Assembly (NCBI GenBank): GCA_000320545.1
Contig: ADNK01000747.1
Span: 1 to 61,252, forward strand
Direction of reading: 5' to 3'
Origin: Bigelowiella natans CCMP2755
Taxonomy: Eukaryota; Protista; Cercozoa
Length of the DNA stretch: 61,252 nt
Part shown: positions 58,316 through 61,252 of the stretch, piece by piece
Numbering within the stretch: position 1 is the stretch's first letter
Layout of the letters: each line of letters begins with the position of its first letter
Position numbers and translations under genes: made by a program
The notes under the pieces: model-generated
Databases searched by the model: none
Told to the model about the DNA's origin: nothing
The model's input: only the letters and a program-made list of their open reading frames with translations

Positions 58316-61252
<2,937 letters not shown>

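Overview
Gene-dense, intron-rich eukaryotic nuclear DNA with GT-AG introns, many microsatellite-filled, and the standard genetic code. It looks like a protist; a chlorarachniophyte/rhizarian origin is only a guess. About 20 protein-coding genes were reconstructed by hand from exon fragments: DUF4139/4140, SUMO-like+BTB, NmrA-like, BLUF photoreceptor, SURF1, FAM241-like, RBR E3 ligase, HemC, ACOT7-like thioesterase, tRNA dimethylallyltransferase, PCF11, COG4757-type hydrolase with PTS1, D/D+EF-hand guanylate kinase, Skp1-like, bacterial-type methyltransferase, SMARCAD1/Fun30-like SNF2, a DEAD-box helicase and a few hypotheticals. Highlights: (1) a six-exon, stand-alone BLUF blue-light sensor with an MGACTS dual-acylation N-terminus, missed by the ORF track; (2) near-strict head-to-head/tail-to-tail gene alternation, with a CTAG/CATG/TGCA-rich block after every gene 3' end and GGAAT/ATTCC-rich 5' spacers; (3) a ~380-nt near-perfect foldback hairpin at 15-393. 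Exon boundaries and family calls come from reading the sequence, not from database searches.
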